DNA of 64,000 nt from Minisyncoccota bacterium (GCA_041671485.1 JBAZBL010000001.1:23037-87036); one strand, 5' to 3'. Positions 43,503 to 53,318 are shown, numbered from the stretch's first letter. Program-made: numbers and translations. The notes: a model not told the origin generated them from the sequence alone.

Positions 43503-43820
43503 TTATATAGCAATCATATCTATCTTCTGCCTATTTTTCTCGCCTTTGTCTATTGCCACATCAAAATAGGGGACTCTCATCATCCTTGCGTGTTCGCATA
43601 CATATGTTCGAAAATCTGTGAGTTGTCTATGTATAAAGTCTAGTGCAGCCGGCTCTTGATCTTGAGGCAAAACAGTAAACATGATGACTGCCCTTGATCC
43701 ACGATTTTTTATTTCTACATCTGTAATCGTGATTAGGGAAGTGCGGTTTGATTCACGCGAAAAAAACTCCGCTGCTAACTCTTTTATAAGTTCTTTGAGT
43801 TTTTGTTCTTTGAAGCTCAT
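43503..43820 (-). CDS. rbfA: Ribosome-binding factor A
   Basis: 105 aa. KH-like RbfA pattern 'RESNRTSLITITDVEIKNRGSRAVIMFTV'. It sits downstream of infB as in the nusA-infB-rbfA operon. Confidence 0.8.
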   Translation of the reverse strand: MSFKEQKLKELIKELAAEFFSRESNRTSLITITDVEIKNRGSRAVIMFTVLPQDQEPAALDFIHRQLTDFRTYVCEHARMMRVPYFDVAIDKGEKNRQKIDMIAI

Positions 43821-43835
43821 GATTATTTTTCACTT

Positions 43836-45437
43836 TTAACCTACCTTTTCCACCGTCTTCACCGCCTCCACTCTATCTCCAACAGCAATTTCAACTTTTG
43901 CTTCTACCATAACACCAAATTCATGTCCCTCTCTAACTTCACCTGTTCTCATCTTCTTTTCTTGAAGTTCTCTTATCTTACCTCGTCCAATCTCTGCATC
44001 TCTTCTAATTATCTTTACTTCATTTCCAGTCAAAATAGTACCCGTTACAACCTTTCCACCAATAACTTGTTTATCTCTTTCTTTTGAAAATATCGCAAGA
44101 ATCTTGGCGAGGCCAATTGATTCCTCTATATATTCTTTTGGCACTTTTGCCAGTAATGAATCACGAACGAATTGAACCAATTCATATATAACTTTGAATG
44201 TTTTGACATTTACAGAATTGTGCTCGATCACAGCAACAACCTTCTTGTCTGGCATTGAATTGAAACCAATTATTGTAATATTTGGATCACCCATGGCAAT
44301 CTTTACATCATTTTCATTTATATCACCAATACCTTCGGAAACAACCTTTATTTGCACCTTATCATGTTTTATCTTTGCCAATTCATGTTTGACACCATCG
44401 AGACTGCCTATAACATCAGCTTTGATGATAATGGGGAATGAAATAATTTCTGTCTCTGTATTCTCTTCAGAATCAATAGCTGACTTGTTGTCGTCGCCCC
44501 CGTCGCAGGCGGCGACAAATGGCGACTTCGCGAAGCGAACGAAGGCATTTCGTCGCGCCGAGGAGGGGGCGACGACTGAAATCTTATTTACCTCCACCAA
44601 CTTCTCTGCCTCTTTCTTTGTATCAACTATAGTAAATGTACTTCCACAAACAGGTATTTCATTCCAGCCACTAACAATTACAGGCATTGAAGCTATCGCT
44701 CTATCAATCTTTTGTCCTTTGAAATCTTCTATAAAACGAATTGGTGTGTAAGATACACCTGCAACAGCAAATGTACCTATTCCAAGTGTTCCATTTTTTA
44801 TCAATAATGTGGCTTGTATTCCTTTTTGTGTATCCATTTCAGATTCTATGACTATACCTTCTGCAGATTTATCTGGATCTGTTTTGAGATCGGCCAATTC
44901 GGAAATCAAAATAACCATATCCAAAAGTTCTGAAATGCCTTCTCCATTCAAGGAAGAAATTGATACATTTGGAATATCACCACCCCAACCTTCAAGATAT
45001 ACCTCATTCTCGCCCAAACTTTGTTTTGTCTTATTTATATCTGCATTTGGTTTGTCTATCTTATTTATAGCAACAACATAGGGGATTTTTGCATTTTTAA
45101 TTTCGTTCAAAGCTTCTATCGTTTGTGGCTTTACACCATCTTCAGCAGAAACAACCAATATTGCTACATCAGCAGCTTTGGCACCTCTCTCACGGATAGT
45201 ACAAAAGGCTTCATGACCTGGTGTATCCAAAAATGTGATTTCATGTTTATTCCCATCACTACTTATATGCTCTACTTCATATGCGCCAACGTGCTGGGTT
45301 ATACCACCAGCTTCGCCTGCAACTATATTTGATTTCCTGATGAAATCGAGCAGAGTAGATTTGCCATGATCTATATGACCCATAACAACGACTATAGGAG
45401 GCCGCTTTATGCAGTTTTTTGTATTCTTATTTGGCAT
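43836..45437 (-). CDS. infB: Translation initiation factor IF-2 (short form; contains in-frame palindromic element)
   Basis: G-domain 'VVVMGHIDHGKSTLLDFIR', 'DTPGHEAF' and 'NKIDK'. The C-terminal beta-barrel domains are present. Confidence 0.92.
   Translation of the reverse strand: MPNKNTKNCIKRPPIVVVMGHIDHGKSTLLDFIRKSNIVAGEAGGITQHVGAYEVEHISSDGNKHEITFLDTPGHEAFCTIRERGAKAADVAILVVSAEDGVKPQTIEALNEIKNAKIPYVVAINKIDKPNADINKTKQSLGENEVYLEGWGGDIPNVSISSLNGEGISELLDMVILISELADLKTDPDKSAEGIVIESEMDTQKGIQATLLIKNGTLGIGTFAVAGVSYTPIRFIEDFKGQKIDRAIASMPVIVSGWNEIPVCGSTFTIVDTKKEAEKLVEVNKISVVAPSSARRNAFVRFAKSPFVAACDGGDDNKSAIDSEENTETEIISFPIIIKADVIGSLDGVKHELAKIKHDKVQIKVVSEGIGDINENDVKIAMGDPNITIIGFNSMPDKKVVAVIEHNSVNVKTFKVIYELVQFVRDSLLAKVPKEYIEESIGLAKILAIFSKERDKQVIGGKVVTGTILTGNEVKIIRRDAEIGRGKIRELQEKKMRTGEVREGHEFGVMVEAKVEIAVGDRVEAVKTVEKVG
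44490..44576. mobile_element. GC-rich palindromic miniature element (family A) with 12-14-bp perfect TIR GTCGTCGCCCCC/GGGGGCGACGAC, 87 bp (29 codons), in-frame in infB
   Basis: Inner sequence CGTCGCAGGCGGCGACAAATGGCGACTTCGCGAAGCGAACGAAGGCATTTCGTCGCGCCGAGGAGGG. It is in the opposite coding orientation to the leuS and topA copies. It encodes 'SSARRNAFVRFAKSPFVAACDGGDD' in IF-2. Confidence 0.8.
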
Positions 45438-45534
45438 TTGCTAAATAATAACACAGACTTTGGCCGTTTGACAAGTCACAATATTCAAAAAGATCTAGAT
45501 TATTGTCAATAATAAGATTATAATCGATAGTAAT

Positions 45535-46647
45535 ATGCAAACAGCCCTTGTAGTACTCGTTGTAATAGCAGTAATTACCAATATCATTCTAGGTATTGCT
45601 CTTTTCAGGCGAAAAAATAAAGGAGAATATAAATATACTAGTAACAATGATGGATTACAACTCATATTGGAACAGGTCAATGAATTATCACGTACAGTTG
45701 ATCGTAAAGTCGGTGACCTTACAAAAACGGTTGATTCAAAAATGCATGACACTGCAAAAAATATGCAGGAATCAGTCCGCAATCAACTTTCAGAATCTTC
45801 AAAACTTATACGAGAAGTAACAGAGGGTATTACCAAGCTAGACGAGACCAATAAACAAGTAATATCATTTGCAGATCAGTTACAAAACCTTCAGGATATC
45901 CTGAAGAATCCGAAGCAAAGAGGAATATTGGGTGAATACTATCTCGAAACTCTGCTAAAAAATGTCATGCCACCAGGAAGTTATGCTATGCAATATGAAT
46001 TGCCGTCAAAAGAAGAAGATGGCAAAAAAGTGATAGCGGATGCAGTTGTATTTGTGAAAGACAAGATAATACCTATTGACTCCAAATTCTCATTGGAAAA
46101 TTACAATCGTCTTGTAGAAGAAAAGAATCCTATAGAAAGAGACAGACTTGAAAAACTATTCAAAAACGATTTGAAGACAAGGATAGATGAAACATCAAAA
46201 TATATACAACCAGAAAACGGAACTATGGACTTTGCTTTTATGTTTATACCTCATGAAGCTATCTACTATGACCTATTGGTCGCAGAAGTTGGGGGCATGA
46301 AGATAAATACACGAGATCTTATCGAATATGCTTTCAAAGATAGGCATGTACTTATCGTATCACCAACTTCATTCCTGGCATTCTTGCAAACTGTACTTCA
46401 AGGATTAAAAGCATTACAGATAGAAGAAACTGCAAAAGATATAGTAAAGAGAGTAGGTGAGCTAGGCAAACATTTGAAATCATTTGAAGATTTCTACGAA
46501 AAGATGGGAGTACATCTCGGCACTGTAGTCAGTCAATACAATAAAGCTGGTCATGAATTCAAGAAAATAGATAAAGATGTTATGAGGATCACTGGAATAA
46601 GTCCAGAACTAGAAGTCCCACTCATAGAAAAGCCAGAAGTTGAATAA
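45535..46647 (+). CDS. rmuC: DNA recombination protein RmuC
   Basis: N-terminal TM helix followed by coiled coil. The RmuC domain shows 'QRGILGEYYLETLL' and 'MFIPHEAIYYDLL'. Confidence 0.8.
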   Translation: MQTALVVLVVIAVITNIILGIALFRRKNKGEYKYTSNNDGLQLILEQVNELSRTVDRKVGDLTKTVDSKMHDTAKNMQESVRNQLSESSKLIREVTEGITKLDETNKQVISFADQLQNLQDILKNPKQRGILGEYYLETLLKNVMPPGSYAMQYELPSKEEDGKKVIADAVVFVKDKIIPIDSKFSLENYNRLVEEKNPIERDRLEKLFKNDLKTRIDETSKYIQPENGTMDFAFMFIPHEAIYYDLLVAEVGGMKINTRDLIEYAFKDRHVLIVSPTSFLAFLQTVLQGLKALQIEETAKDIVKRVGELGKHLKSFEDFYEKMGVHLGTVVSQYNKAGHEFKKIDKDVMRITGISPELEVPLIEKPEVE

Positions 46648-46676
46648 TTCGGCAGTCCATGTATAATATAGCGACT

Positions 46677-46994
46677 ATGGAATTTGCCATTATTAAAACT
46701 GGTGGAAAGCAGTACAATGTCTCAAAAGGGGACGTTATTACTATTGAAAAGCTTGGTGATACCCAAAAAGAGGGTGATTCTGTTATATTTGACAAGGTTT
46801 TACTAGTTGATGATGGCAAAAATACTACAATTGGTACTCCTTACATTCCAAAAGCACAAGTAAAAGGCACAATCGAGAAGATAGGCCGTGCACAAAAGAT
46901 CATAGTAACTCACTACAAACAAAAGAGCCGTTACTGGAAAAGAAACGGCCACAGACAACATTTCTTCAATGTGAAGATTGATTCGATCAAATAA
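46677..46994 (+). CDS. rplU: 50S ribosomal protein L21 (start at internal ATG 46677)
   Basis: 'MEFAIIKTGGKQYNVSKGDVITIEKL' matches the L21 N-terminus (MYAVIKTGGKQYKV). Confidence 0.88.
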   Translation: MEFAIIKTGGKQYNVSKGDVITIEKLGDTQKEGDSVIFDKVLLVDDGKNTTIGTPYIPKAQVKGTIEKIGRAQKIIVTHYKQKSRYWKRNGHRQHFFNVKIDSIK

Positions 46995-47037
46995 TAATTT
47001 GAAAGGAGTCAAATAAATTGGACCCTTTCAAATAGGG

Positions 47038-47213
47038 TTTGGAGGTGCAAATACAGAAACTCAAACCTGCGTAACTCGCTTGCGTCATTCTCTTGTATTT
47101 TCACAAAAGACTCGACCTCTCGGACATGAACGGCCTCGTCTTTTGGAAAATACTAGTCGAATGACTACGCTCGAACAGTACTCGGTTTGAGTTTCTGTAT
47201 TTGCACCTCCAAA
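47038..47213. repeat. 176-bp element with 30-bp perfect terminal inverted repeats (TTTGGAGGTGCAAATACAGAAACTCAAACC ... GGTTTGAGTTTCTGTATTTGCACCTCCAAA); interior is an imperfect palindrome
   Basis: Arms at 47038-47067 and 47184-47213. The interior halves (GCGTCATTC.../...GAATGAC...GC and TTTTCACAAAAGAC/GTCTTTTGGAAAA) are also roughly symmetric. The element is intergenic between rplU and recR. Confidence 0.85.
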
Positions 47214-47226
47214 CTAAACTTTTCTG

Positions 47227-47838
47227 TCAAAATCGATTCTTCAATGCATTTTTTATCGTATCACTATCTGCATATTCAAGTTCTGAACCAGTAGATAGAC
47301 CTCTCCCTAAAATAGATACTTTTGTCTCTTTTGTATCGATGAATTTTGAGATTGCATCTTTGACTATATTTGTTGTATGTTCACCGTCTGGTGTAGCATT
47401 GAGAGATAGGATTATTTCTTTAGGTTTGGATTCGTCCGATATTCTTTCGAGCAATTCTTTTAGCCTAATTCTCTTGTCTGGTTCTTTGTCGAGAATTGGC
47501 ACGATGCCACCAAGAACAAAATATAATCCTCTATATGCACCACTCTTTTCTATAGATTCAAGATCTGTATCTCTAGCAACTATCATCAATGCCGATACAT
47601 CTCTAGAATTGTCATTGCATATATCACATGTAGTTTTCTTGATACCATTCTCTATAAAAAATCGATGGCATTTATTACATTCATGAGCAAGTCTCTTTAT
47701 AGTCTCTATGAGATATGTAAATTCTTTTGCAAAAGATGGTGGCCTACTCAATACATAATTCACAAAACGCCTAGCTTGTCTCGGTCCAATACCAGGGAAA
47801 TGTGCAAATATTTCTTCTAAACGATGCAACGAATCCAT
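47227..47838 (-). CDS. recR: Recombination protein RecR
   Basis: HhH 'FPGIGPRQARRF', C4 zinc finger 'CNKCHRF...CDIC', and a Toprim domain. Confidence 0.9.
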   Translation of the reverse strand: MDSLHRLEEIFAHFPGIGPRQARRFVNYVLSRPPSFAKEFTYLIETIKRLAHECNKCHRFFIENGIKKTTCDICNDNSRDVSALMIVARDTDLESIEKSGAYRGLYFVLGGIVPILDKEPDKRIRLKELLERISDESKPKEIILSLNATPDGEHTTNIVKDAISKFIDTKETKVSILGRGLSTGSELEYADSDTIKNALKNRF

Positions 47839-47869
47839 ATGAGAATAATAGCATACCTATTGGCATGAA

Positions 47870-49261
47870 TCAGTCTTTTGTCTCACTTTTTTCAAAATCC
47901 CCAAATTCTCCTTTGTCCATAGAGAGAAATGTAGTTTTTTTGCTATCAAAATAGAGCTTTGCAATACCAGTAGGACCATTTCTATGTTTTTCGATGAGAA
48001 TATCTGTTTCTTCTTTCTTGCCACCCTGATCCTGATCAATTTCGCGGTGAATGAACATAACAACATCGGCGTCTTGTTCAATAGATCCAGAATCGCGCAG
48101 GTCTGATAGTCTAGGACGGCCACCACGCTGTTCGACAGCACGACTCAATTGTGAAAGTGCCAATACTGGTACTTCGAGTTCACGGGCTAAATTCTTGAGT
48201 GAACGAGAAATCTCTGTTACTTGTTGTACCAAATTGTCATTGTATCTAGCATTGGTAGGTAACATCAATTGCAAATAATCAACAACGATTAGTCCTAGCC
48301 CTTTTTCATTTTTAAGTCTCCTAGCTACAGCTCTCATTTTCAAAATATTATTGCCTGGCTGATCATCTATATATATTGGTGCTTGCGAAAGTCGAGATAT
48401 AGCATCACCAATTGCACGAAAATCATTTTCAACAGATAGATTGTGTCCTGTCCTTATCTTCCAAGAATCAACTTGAGATTCGGCAGAAAGCATACGATCT
48501 ACCAATTGCTGTGAACTCATTTCAAGGGAAAATATTGCAACAGGTACTTTGTGATTGACTGCTGTCTTCCTAGCAATATCGAGTGCTAGGGAAGTCTTAC
48601 CCATAGAAGGTCTTGCTGCAAGAATGATGAGATCTGACTTTTGCAAACCAGACAATTTATTGTCCAGTTCTGGAAAACCTGTTGGCACACCGCGCAATTC
48701 ATCTTTTGTTTTATGGAGATGATCAAGCCTTTCCCATGCTTCGTCCAATGTATCTTTGAGAGCAACGTATTTGTGTGAACCTGTTTTATTTGTTACTGCA
48801 TACAGAGCTTTTTCGGCTTTTTCCAAGACTTCATGTAATTCTGTTTCCTCATCATATCCAAGAATATTTATCTGTTCTCCTGCGTGTAAAAGTTCGCGCA
48901 TAACATGCTTATTTTCTACAATTTCTGCATAGTGATGGGCATTTGCAGATGATGGAACAATATTCACCAACTCTGTGAGATATGTCATACCACCCGCATT
49001 CTCCAATAAATTTTTCTCTTTGAGACGTAAAGATACAGACAGAAGATCTATGGGTATTCCTTTGCCGTGAAGTTCGAAGAGTACTATCCATACAGAGCGA
49101 TTTTGATTGGAATAGAAAGAAGTCTCATGAATAATATCTATGACATCATGCATAACTTCTGGATTCATGAGTATTGATCCAAGAAGAGCTTTCTCCGCAT
49201 CAATACTATGAGGTGGAATTTTGAGGTCTCTGGCTTTTAGAAAAGGGGATACTGTAGACAT
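47870..49261 (-). CDS. dnaB: Replicative DNA helicase DnaB
   Basis: N-terminal DnaB domain 'PHSIDAEKALLGSIL'. Walker A 'ILAARPSMGKTSLALDIA'. The H4 'SQLSR' region is present. Confidence 0.92.
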   Translation of the reverse strand: MSTVSPFLKARDLKIPPHSIDAEKALLGSILMNPEVMHDVIDIIHETSFYSNQNRSVWIVLFELHGKGIPIDLLSVSLRLKEKNLLENAGGMTYLTELVNIVPSSANAHHYAEIVENKHVMRELLHAGEQINILGYDEETELHEVLEKAEKALYAVTNKTGSHKYVALKDTLDEAWERLDHLHKTKDELRGVPTGFPELDNKLSGLQKSDLIILAARPSMGKTSLALDIARKTAVNHKVPVAIFSLEMSSQQLVDRMLSAESQVDSWKIRTGHNLSVENDFRAIGDAISRLSQAPIYIDDQPGNNILKMRAVARRLKNEKGLGLIVVDYLQLMLPTNARYNDNLVQQVTEISRSLKNLARELEVPVLALSQLSRAVEQRGGRPRLSDLRDSGSIEQDADVVMFIHREIDQDQGGKKEETDILIEKHRNGPTGIAKLYFDSKKTTFLSMDKGEFGDFEKSETKD

Positions 49262-49340
49262 GAAAGCTATTATAACAGAAGATCAAATCTTTAATCTCAT
49301 AATAAATCAAAAATGGGGATATGATGTGGATTACATCTAA

Positions 49341-49359
49341 TACGAGGTCCGACCTCGTA
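49341..49359. repeat. Palindrome TACGAGGTC-C-GACCTCGTA (variant of the CGGAGGTC/GACCTCCG family), ~80 nt upstream of dnaB start
   Basis: Perfect 9-bp arms. Confidence 0.8.
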
Positions 49360-49476
49360 GCGCCGAAAGAAAACTTTATCATTTCTTCAGCGGAAATTTA
49401 TCAAAATTTTAGGAGAATTTTATCAGGATTTTATCTCCATTTTATATGATTATCTATTATTAGGTAATAAATAAAT

Positions 49477-49722
49477 ATGTCATTAGATCAAAAAGATTTG
49501 GAACTTATAGAACGCATAATATACAAATGCGGTGATGATATTGCTATTGCAATAGGGCGTAGCTTCGAACATCTAGAAGAACGTATAGATGGTGTCGAAT
49601 CGCGCATGTATTCGAGATTGGCCGATGTCGAAGAGAGGATAGAGGATTCACATCAGAGTTCTGTTGATTGTTTCGACTTGATCCGTGAAGATATACGTGG
49701 ACTCGATCAAGAAGAAGTATAG
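49477..49722 (+). CDS. Hypothetical small acidic protein
   Basis: 81 aa. No recognisable motif. It is Glu/Asp-rich. Confidence 0.4.
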   Translation: MSLDQKDLELIERIIYKCGDDIAIAIGRSFEHLEERIDGVESRMYSRLADVEERIEDSHQSSVDCFDLIREDIRGLDQEEV

Positions 49723-49725
49723 AGA

Positions 49726-51111
49726 TCAATTGCTATGAATTACTGAACCACTATCTGTATCAATAACATTAAAGCCTTTTCCTTCTATTTCTTTACGGAG
49801 TATATCTGCCTTTGACCAATCTTTATCATTGCGTGCTTTTTCTCTTTCTTTTGAAAGAGTCACTATATCTTCTGGAATATTCTCATCTGAAATAATCTTC
49901 AAAGCTGATCCTAAATTCAAGCCAAGTACACGATCAAAATCAAGTATCGTAGACTTCTTGTCTGCATCAGAATGACTAGGATCTTTGACCAATTCCCAAA
50001 TAAGCGCTATTGCTTGTGGAGTATCCAAATCATTACCTATAAAAGCCTCAAAACGGCCCTTATATTGGGATATAATGCTTCCTTGGCCTCCATACCCAGA
50101 AACAGTAATATTTAGACGTATAAGGGCATTTTGGGCCGATTCTAGGGCTTCAAATGAGAAGTTGATAGGTGAACGATAGTGCGCTGTCAAAAGCCAGTAA
50201 CGATATGCCAGAGGAGGAATCCTTTTATCTAATAATGTACCAACTGTAATAGTATTACCCTTTGACTTCGACATTTTGTCTTCATTCATTATCAAAAATT
50301 CATTGTGCATCCAATAATTGGAAAGTTGAGTATCATATGCCGATTCTGATTGAGCAATTTCATTATTGTGGTGTACTGGAATATGATCGATACCACCAGT
50401 ATGAATATCGAAAGGCTGTCCCAAATATTTTCTAGACATTGCCGAACATTCTATATGCCAACCAGGGAAACCTTTTCCCCAAGGACTGTCCCAACCGATA
50501 TTTGCATCGGATTTCCATAAAAGAAAATCTGTAGGATTTCTCTTTTCCGAATCAGACGCTATACGAGCACCTTCTCTAAGTGATTTGACATCGATATTTC
50601 CAAGCTTGCCATAAGTAGGGAATAGGGAAGTATCAAAACATATTCCACTTGATATTTGATATGCAATACCTTTCTTCATCAAAAGATCTATGATTTCTAT
50701 ATCTTCTTTTATATTCTCACTTGCTTTGGGGAATTCATCTGGCAATTTGATATTCAAAGCCTTTAAATCTTCGACAAATATATCAAAAAATTTTATGCCT
50801 ACTTCTTGCATTGCTTCTATAGTCAGTGGTTTATTCTCTCTTTTGAGTGCTTTCGTCATCTTGTCTTCTCCTTCATCAGCATCACTTGAGAGATGACCAA
50901 CGTCAGTAATATTTATGATTTGATGTACTTTGTAATCGAAATATTCAAATGTCCTCCTCAAAGTATCTGCAAAAATATATGAACGCAAATTGCCTATATG
51001 AGCCCTGTCATAAACAGTTGGTCCACAATTGTACATGCCTACTTGTTTGGGCTTAATGGGCTGGAATACTTCTTTTTCCTTTGAAAGGGTATTGTATAAC
51101 TTTATTTCCAT
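49726..51111 (-). CDS. cysS: Cysteinyl-tRNA synthetase
   Basis: HIGH motif 'GPTVYDRAHIGN'. KMSKS motif 'KMSKSKGN'. Zinc-binding Cys residues are present. Confidence 0.92.
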   Translation of the reverse strand: MEIKLYNTLSKEKEVFQPIKPKQVGMYNCGPTVYDRAHIGNLRSYIFADTLRRTFEYFDYKVHQIINITDVGHLSSDADEGEDKMTKALKRENKPLTIEAMQEVGIKFFDIFVEDLKALNIKLPDEFPKASENIKEDIEIIDLLMKKGIAYQISSGICFDTSLFPTYGKLGNIDVKSLREGARIASDSEKRNPTDFLLWKSDANIGWDSPWGKGFPGWHIECSAMSRKYLGQPFDIHTGGIDHIPVHHNNEIAQSESAYDTQLSNYWMHNEFLIMNEDKMSKSKGNTITVGTLLDKRIPPLAYRYWLLTAHYRSPINFSFEALESAQNALIRLNITVSGYGGQGSIISQYKGRFEAFIGNDLDTPQAIALIWELVKDPSHSDADKKSTILDFDRVLGLNLGSALKIISDENIPEDIVTLSKEREKARNDKDWSKADILRKEIEGKGFNVIDTDSGSVIHSN

Positions 51112-51120
51112 ATTTATTCA

Positions 51121-51141
51121 TACGGAGGTCTGACCTCCGTA
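51121..51141. repeat. Palindrome TACGGAGGTC-T-GACCTCCGTA, ~10 nt upstream of the cysS start codon
   Basis: Perfect 10-bp arms. It contains an SD-like GGAGGT and its complement. Confidence 0.8.
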
Positions 51142-51151
51142 TCGCTCGGCA

Positions 51152-52078
51152 TTACTGTAACCATTTCTTCTTCTTGAATGTTATCCAGATACTTGCTGTT
51201 ATTATGACCATAAATACCAATATACCCATCCAACCATAAGAACTTCCGATAAAAGGGACTTTTATGGCAGGAATAGTAAAGAGTGCAGAGATAAATGTGA
51301 GTGGATAAAATATAAAGGCTACAAGTGTAAGGACTTTGATTATCTGATTCTGTTTTGTATTGAGTAGAGAATCATTGGTTTCTCGAAGATCTATGAGCAA
51401 TTCACGACAATTGCCGATCAATTCATGAACTCTATTGAATTGATCTCTTATATCACGGAGATATGGCACGAAGTCTTTTCCGAGTAAATTTGGATTGTCA
51501 TATTCCAAGAATTCATTCCATATATCCCTATGAATACGAGCGGTTTGCCGAAAGTCAATGAGTTCGCGACTTAGATTGGAAAGATTTTTGACCATTTTCA
51601 ATTCGTCTCCACTAAATATCTTTGTTTCCGAACTAGTGAGTGAATCACGAATATTTTCTAGATCTTCGAACATTCCAGAATATATCTTTTTCATCATAAA
51701 ATAAAAAAGATTTGCCGCATTTTCGATCTTTTCATCTTTGTCGAGAATAGAATTGGCTTCGAAAATCTTTGCAAAATATTCCAATTGTTCGATGGTATCA
51801 TTCCTAGCAGTGATCATGAAATTCTTGCCAATGACAAAATCTATTTCTCTATCGACAACTGTATATGAATTACCATCTCTCTCTCTTATTGGCAAAGTCA
51901 ACACAATCAAAATGTATTCTTCATAAAAGTCTATCTTAGCTAGAGATGAAGAACTCTTCAATTCTTCGCCTACCAATGGGTGTAAACCGTACCGTCGGAC
52001 GAGTCCCCCTATTTCAGTATCACTAGGAGACTCGAGATCAATCCATACAATACCACGATATGTGTGAGTTGTAGTCAT
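51152..52078 (-). CDS. corA: CorA-family divalent cation transporter (non-canonical GMN motif)
   Basis: N-terminal CorA-like cytoplasmic domain ('GIVWIDLESPSDTEIGGLVRRYGLHPL'). Two C-terminal TM helices with 'YGWMG' in place of YGMN. Confidence 0.7.
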   Translation of the reverse strand: MTTTHTYRGIVWIDLESPSDTEIGGLVRRYGLHPLVGEELKSSSSLAKIDFYEEYILIVLTLPIRERDGNSYTVVDREIDFVIGKNFMITARNDTIEQLEYFAKIFEANSILDKDEKIENAANLFYFMMKKIYSGMFEDLENIRDSLTSSETKIFSGDELKMVKNLSNLSRELIDFRQTARIHRDIWNEFLEYDNPNLLGKDFVPYLRDIRDQFNRVHELIGNCRELLIDLRETNDSLLNTKQNQIIKVLTLVAFIFYPLTFISALFTIPAIKVPFIGSSYGWMGILVFMVIITASIWITFKKKKWLQ

Positions 52079-52112
52079 TTGTATTTTATATTAGTTATGC
52101 AATAATTATATC

Positions 52113-53318
52113 GTGAATCAGCAAAACAAGACAACTGTTAGATTTTTGGTCTCAATAGCGATTGTGATCACTTTTATTTTGGGTCTATACATTGGCCGAA
52201 GCCAAATGCCTATAAGGTTTGCAAATTCAAATCTAACCGATCTTACAAAAGTTGAACAGGATCAGTTTTCATCATTCTGGAAAGCTTGGAGATTACTCGA
52301 TGAAAAATATGTTACTGCCGCTAGTACTACTATACAAGACAAGATATGGGGGTCTATCGGTGGTTTGGCTGGATCATATAAAGATCCATACACTGTTTTC
52401 TTTCCACCAGTTGAAGACAAAATGTTCAAAGAAGATATATCTGGTGATTTCGAAGGAGTGGGTATGGAGATAGGTATAAAGAATAAACAATTGCAAGTTG
52501 TATCTCCACTAAAGGGAAGTCCTGCTGACAATGCAGGAGTAAAGTCTGGTGACTTTATATTGAAGATTGATGACAAATCAACCGTGGATATGGCAGTTGA
52601 CCAGGCTGTAAAGCTCATTCGTGGTCCAAAGGGCAGTGTAGTAAAAATAACTTTCCTACCTCAAGGCGCTTCGAAGACTGTTGATAGATCTATCACTCGT
52701 GACAAGATAAGCATACCAACGATAGAAACATCAACAAAAGGGAATGGTATATTTGTAATCCGTTTATTTAGCTTTACTGCACAGTCGCCAGACCTATTCC
52801 GTAATGCTCTAAGGGAATTTGTACTTTCTGGTAAAGAAAAACTTATTCTCGATCTTCGTGGCAATCCAGGTGGCTATTTAGACGCTGCATGGGATATGGC
52901 TTCATGGTTCCTTCCAGCAGGGAAGATAGTTGTAAACGAAGACTTTGGCAACAAAGAATCTCCAAAAATTTATCGCAGTAAAGGATATGATATATTCAAT
53001 AACAATCTAAAAATGCTAATACTAGTAGATGGTGGATCTGCATCAGCATCAGAAATATTGGCTGGAGCTCTGGCCGAGAATAGTAAAGCCAAGCTCGTTG
53101 GTACAAAGACTTTTGGCAAGGGTTCGGTCCAAGAATTGGTACCTATCACTTCAGATACATCTCTAAAGATTACAATTGCTCGTTGGCTTACGCCCAATGG
53201 TCACAATCTATCTCAAAGCGGTTTGGATCCAGACTATCCTGTAGAGATAACAGAAGAAAATACAAAAAATGGCAGAGACCCAGTGATGGAGAAGGCAGTT
53301 GAGTTGCTGTCAAAATAG
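52113..53318 (+). CDS. ctpA: Carboxy-terminal processing protease (S41 family, PDZ domain)
   Basis: PDZ 'SPLKGSPADNAGVKSGDFILKID'. S41 catalytic region 'LRGNPGGYLDAA' and 'VDGGSASASEI'. Confidence 0.88.
   Translation: MNQQNKTTVRFLVSIAIVITFILGLYIGRSQMPIRFANSNLTDLTKVEQDQFSSFWKAWRLLDEKYVTAASTTIQDKIWGSIGGLAGSYKDPYTVFFPPVEDKMFKEDISGDFEGVGMEIGIKNKQLQVVSPLKGSPADNAGVKSGDFILKIDDKSTVDMAVDQAVKLIRGPKGSVVKITFLPQGASKTVDRSITRDKISIPTIETSTKGNGIFVIRLFSFTAQSPDLFRNALREFVLSGKEKLILDLRGNPGGYLDAAWDMASWFLPAGKIVVNEDFGNKESPKIYRSKGYDIFNNNLKMLILVDGGSASASEILAGALAENSKAKLVGTKTFGKGSVQELVPITSDTSLKITIARWLTPNGHNLSQSGLDPDYPVEITEENTKNGRDPVMEKAVELLSK

Noticed and set aside
44194-44751. Antisense ORFs inside infB (44194-44751, 44809-45081, 45021-45332) and topA (39369-39959, 40200-40598, 40294-40662, 40457-40747, 40755-41207, 41351-41683)
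   Set aside because: They are shadow ORFs opposite strongly supported essential genes. The longest ones owe their length to the stop-free palindromic elements.
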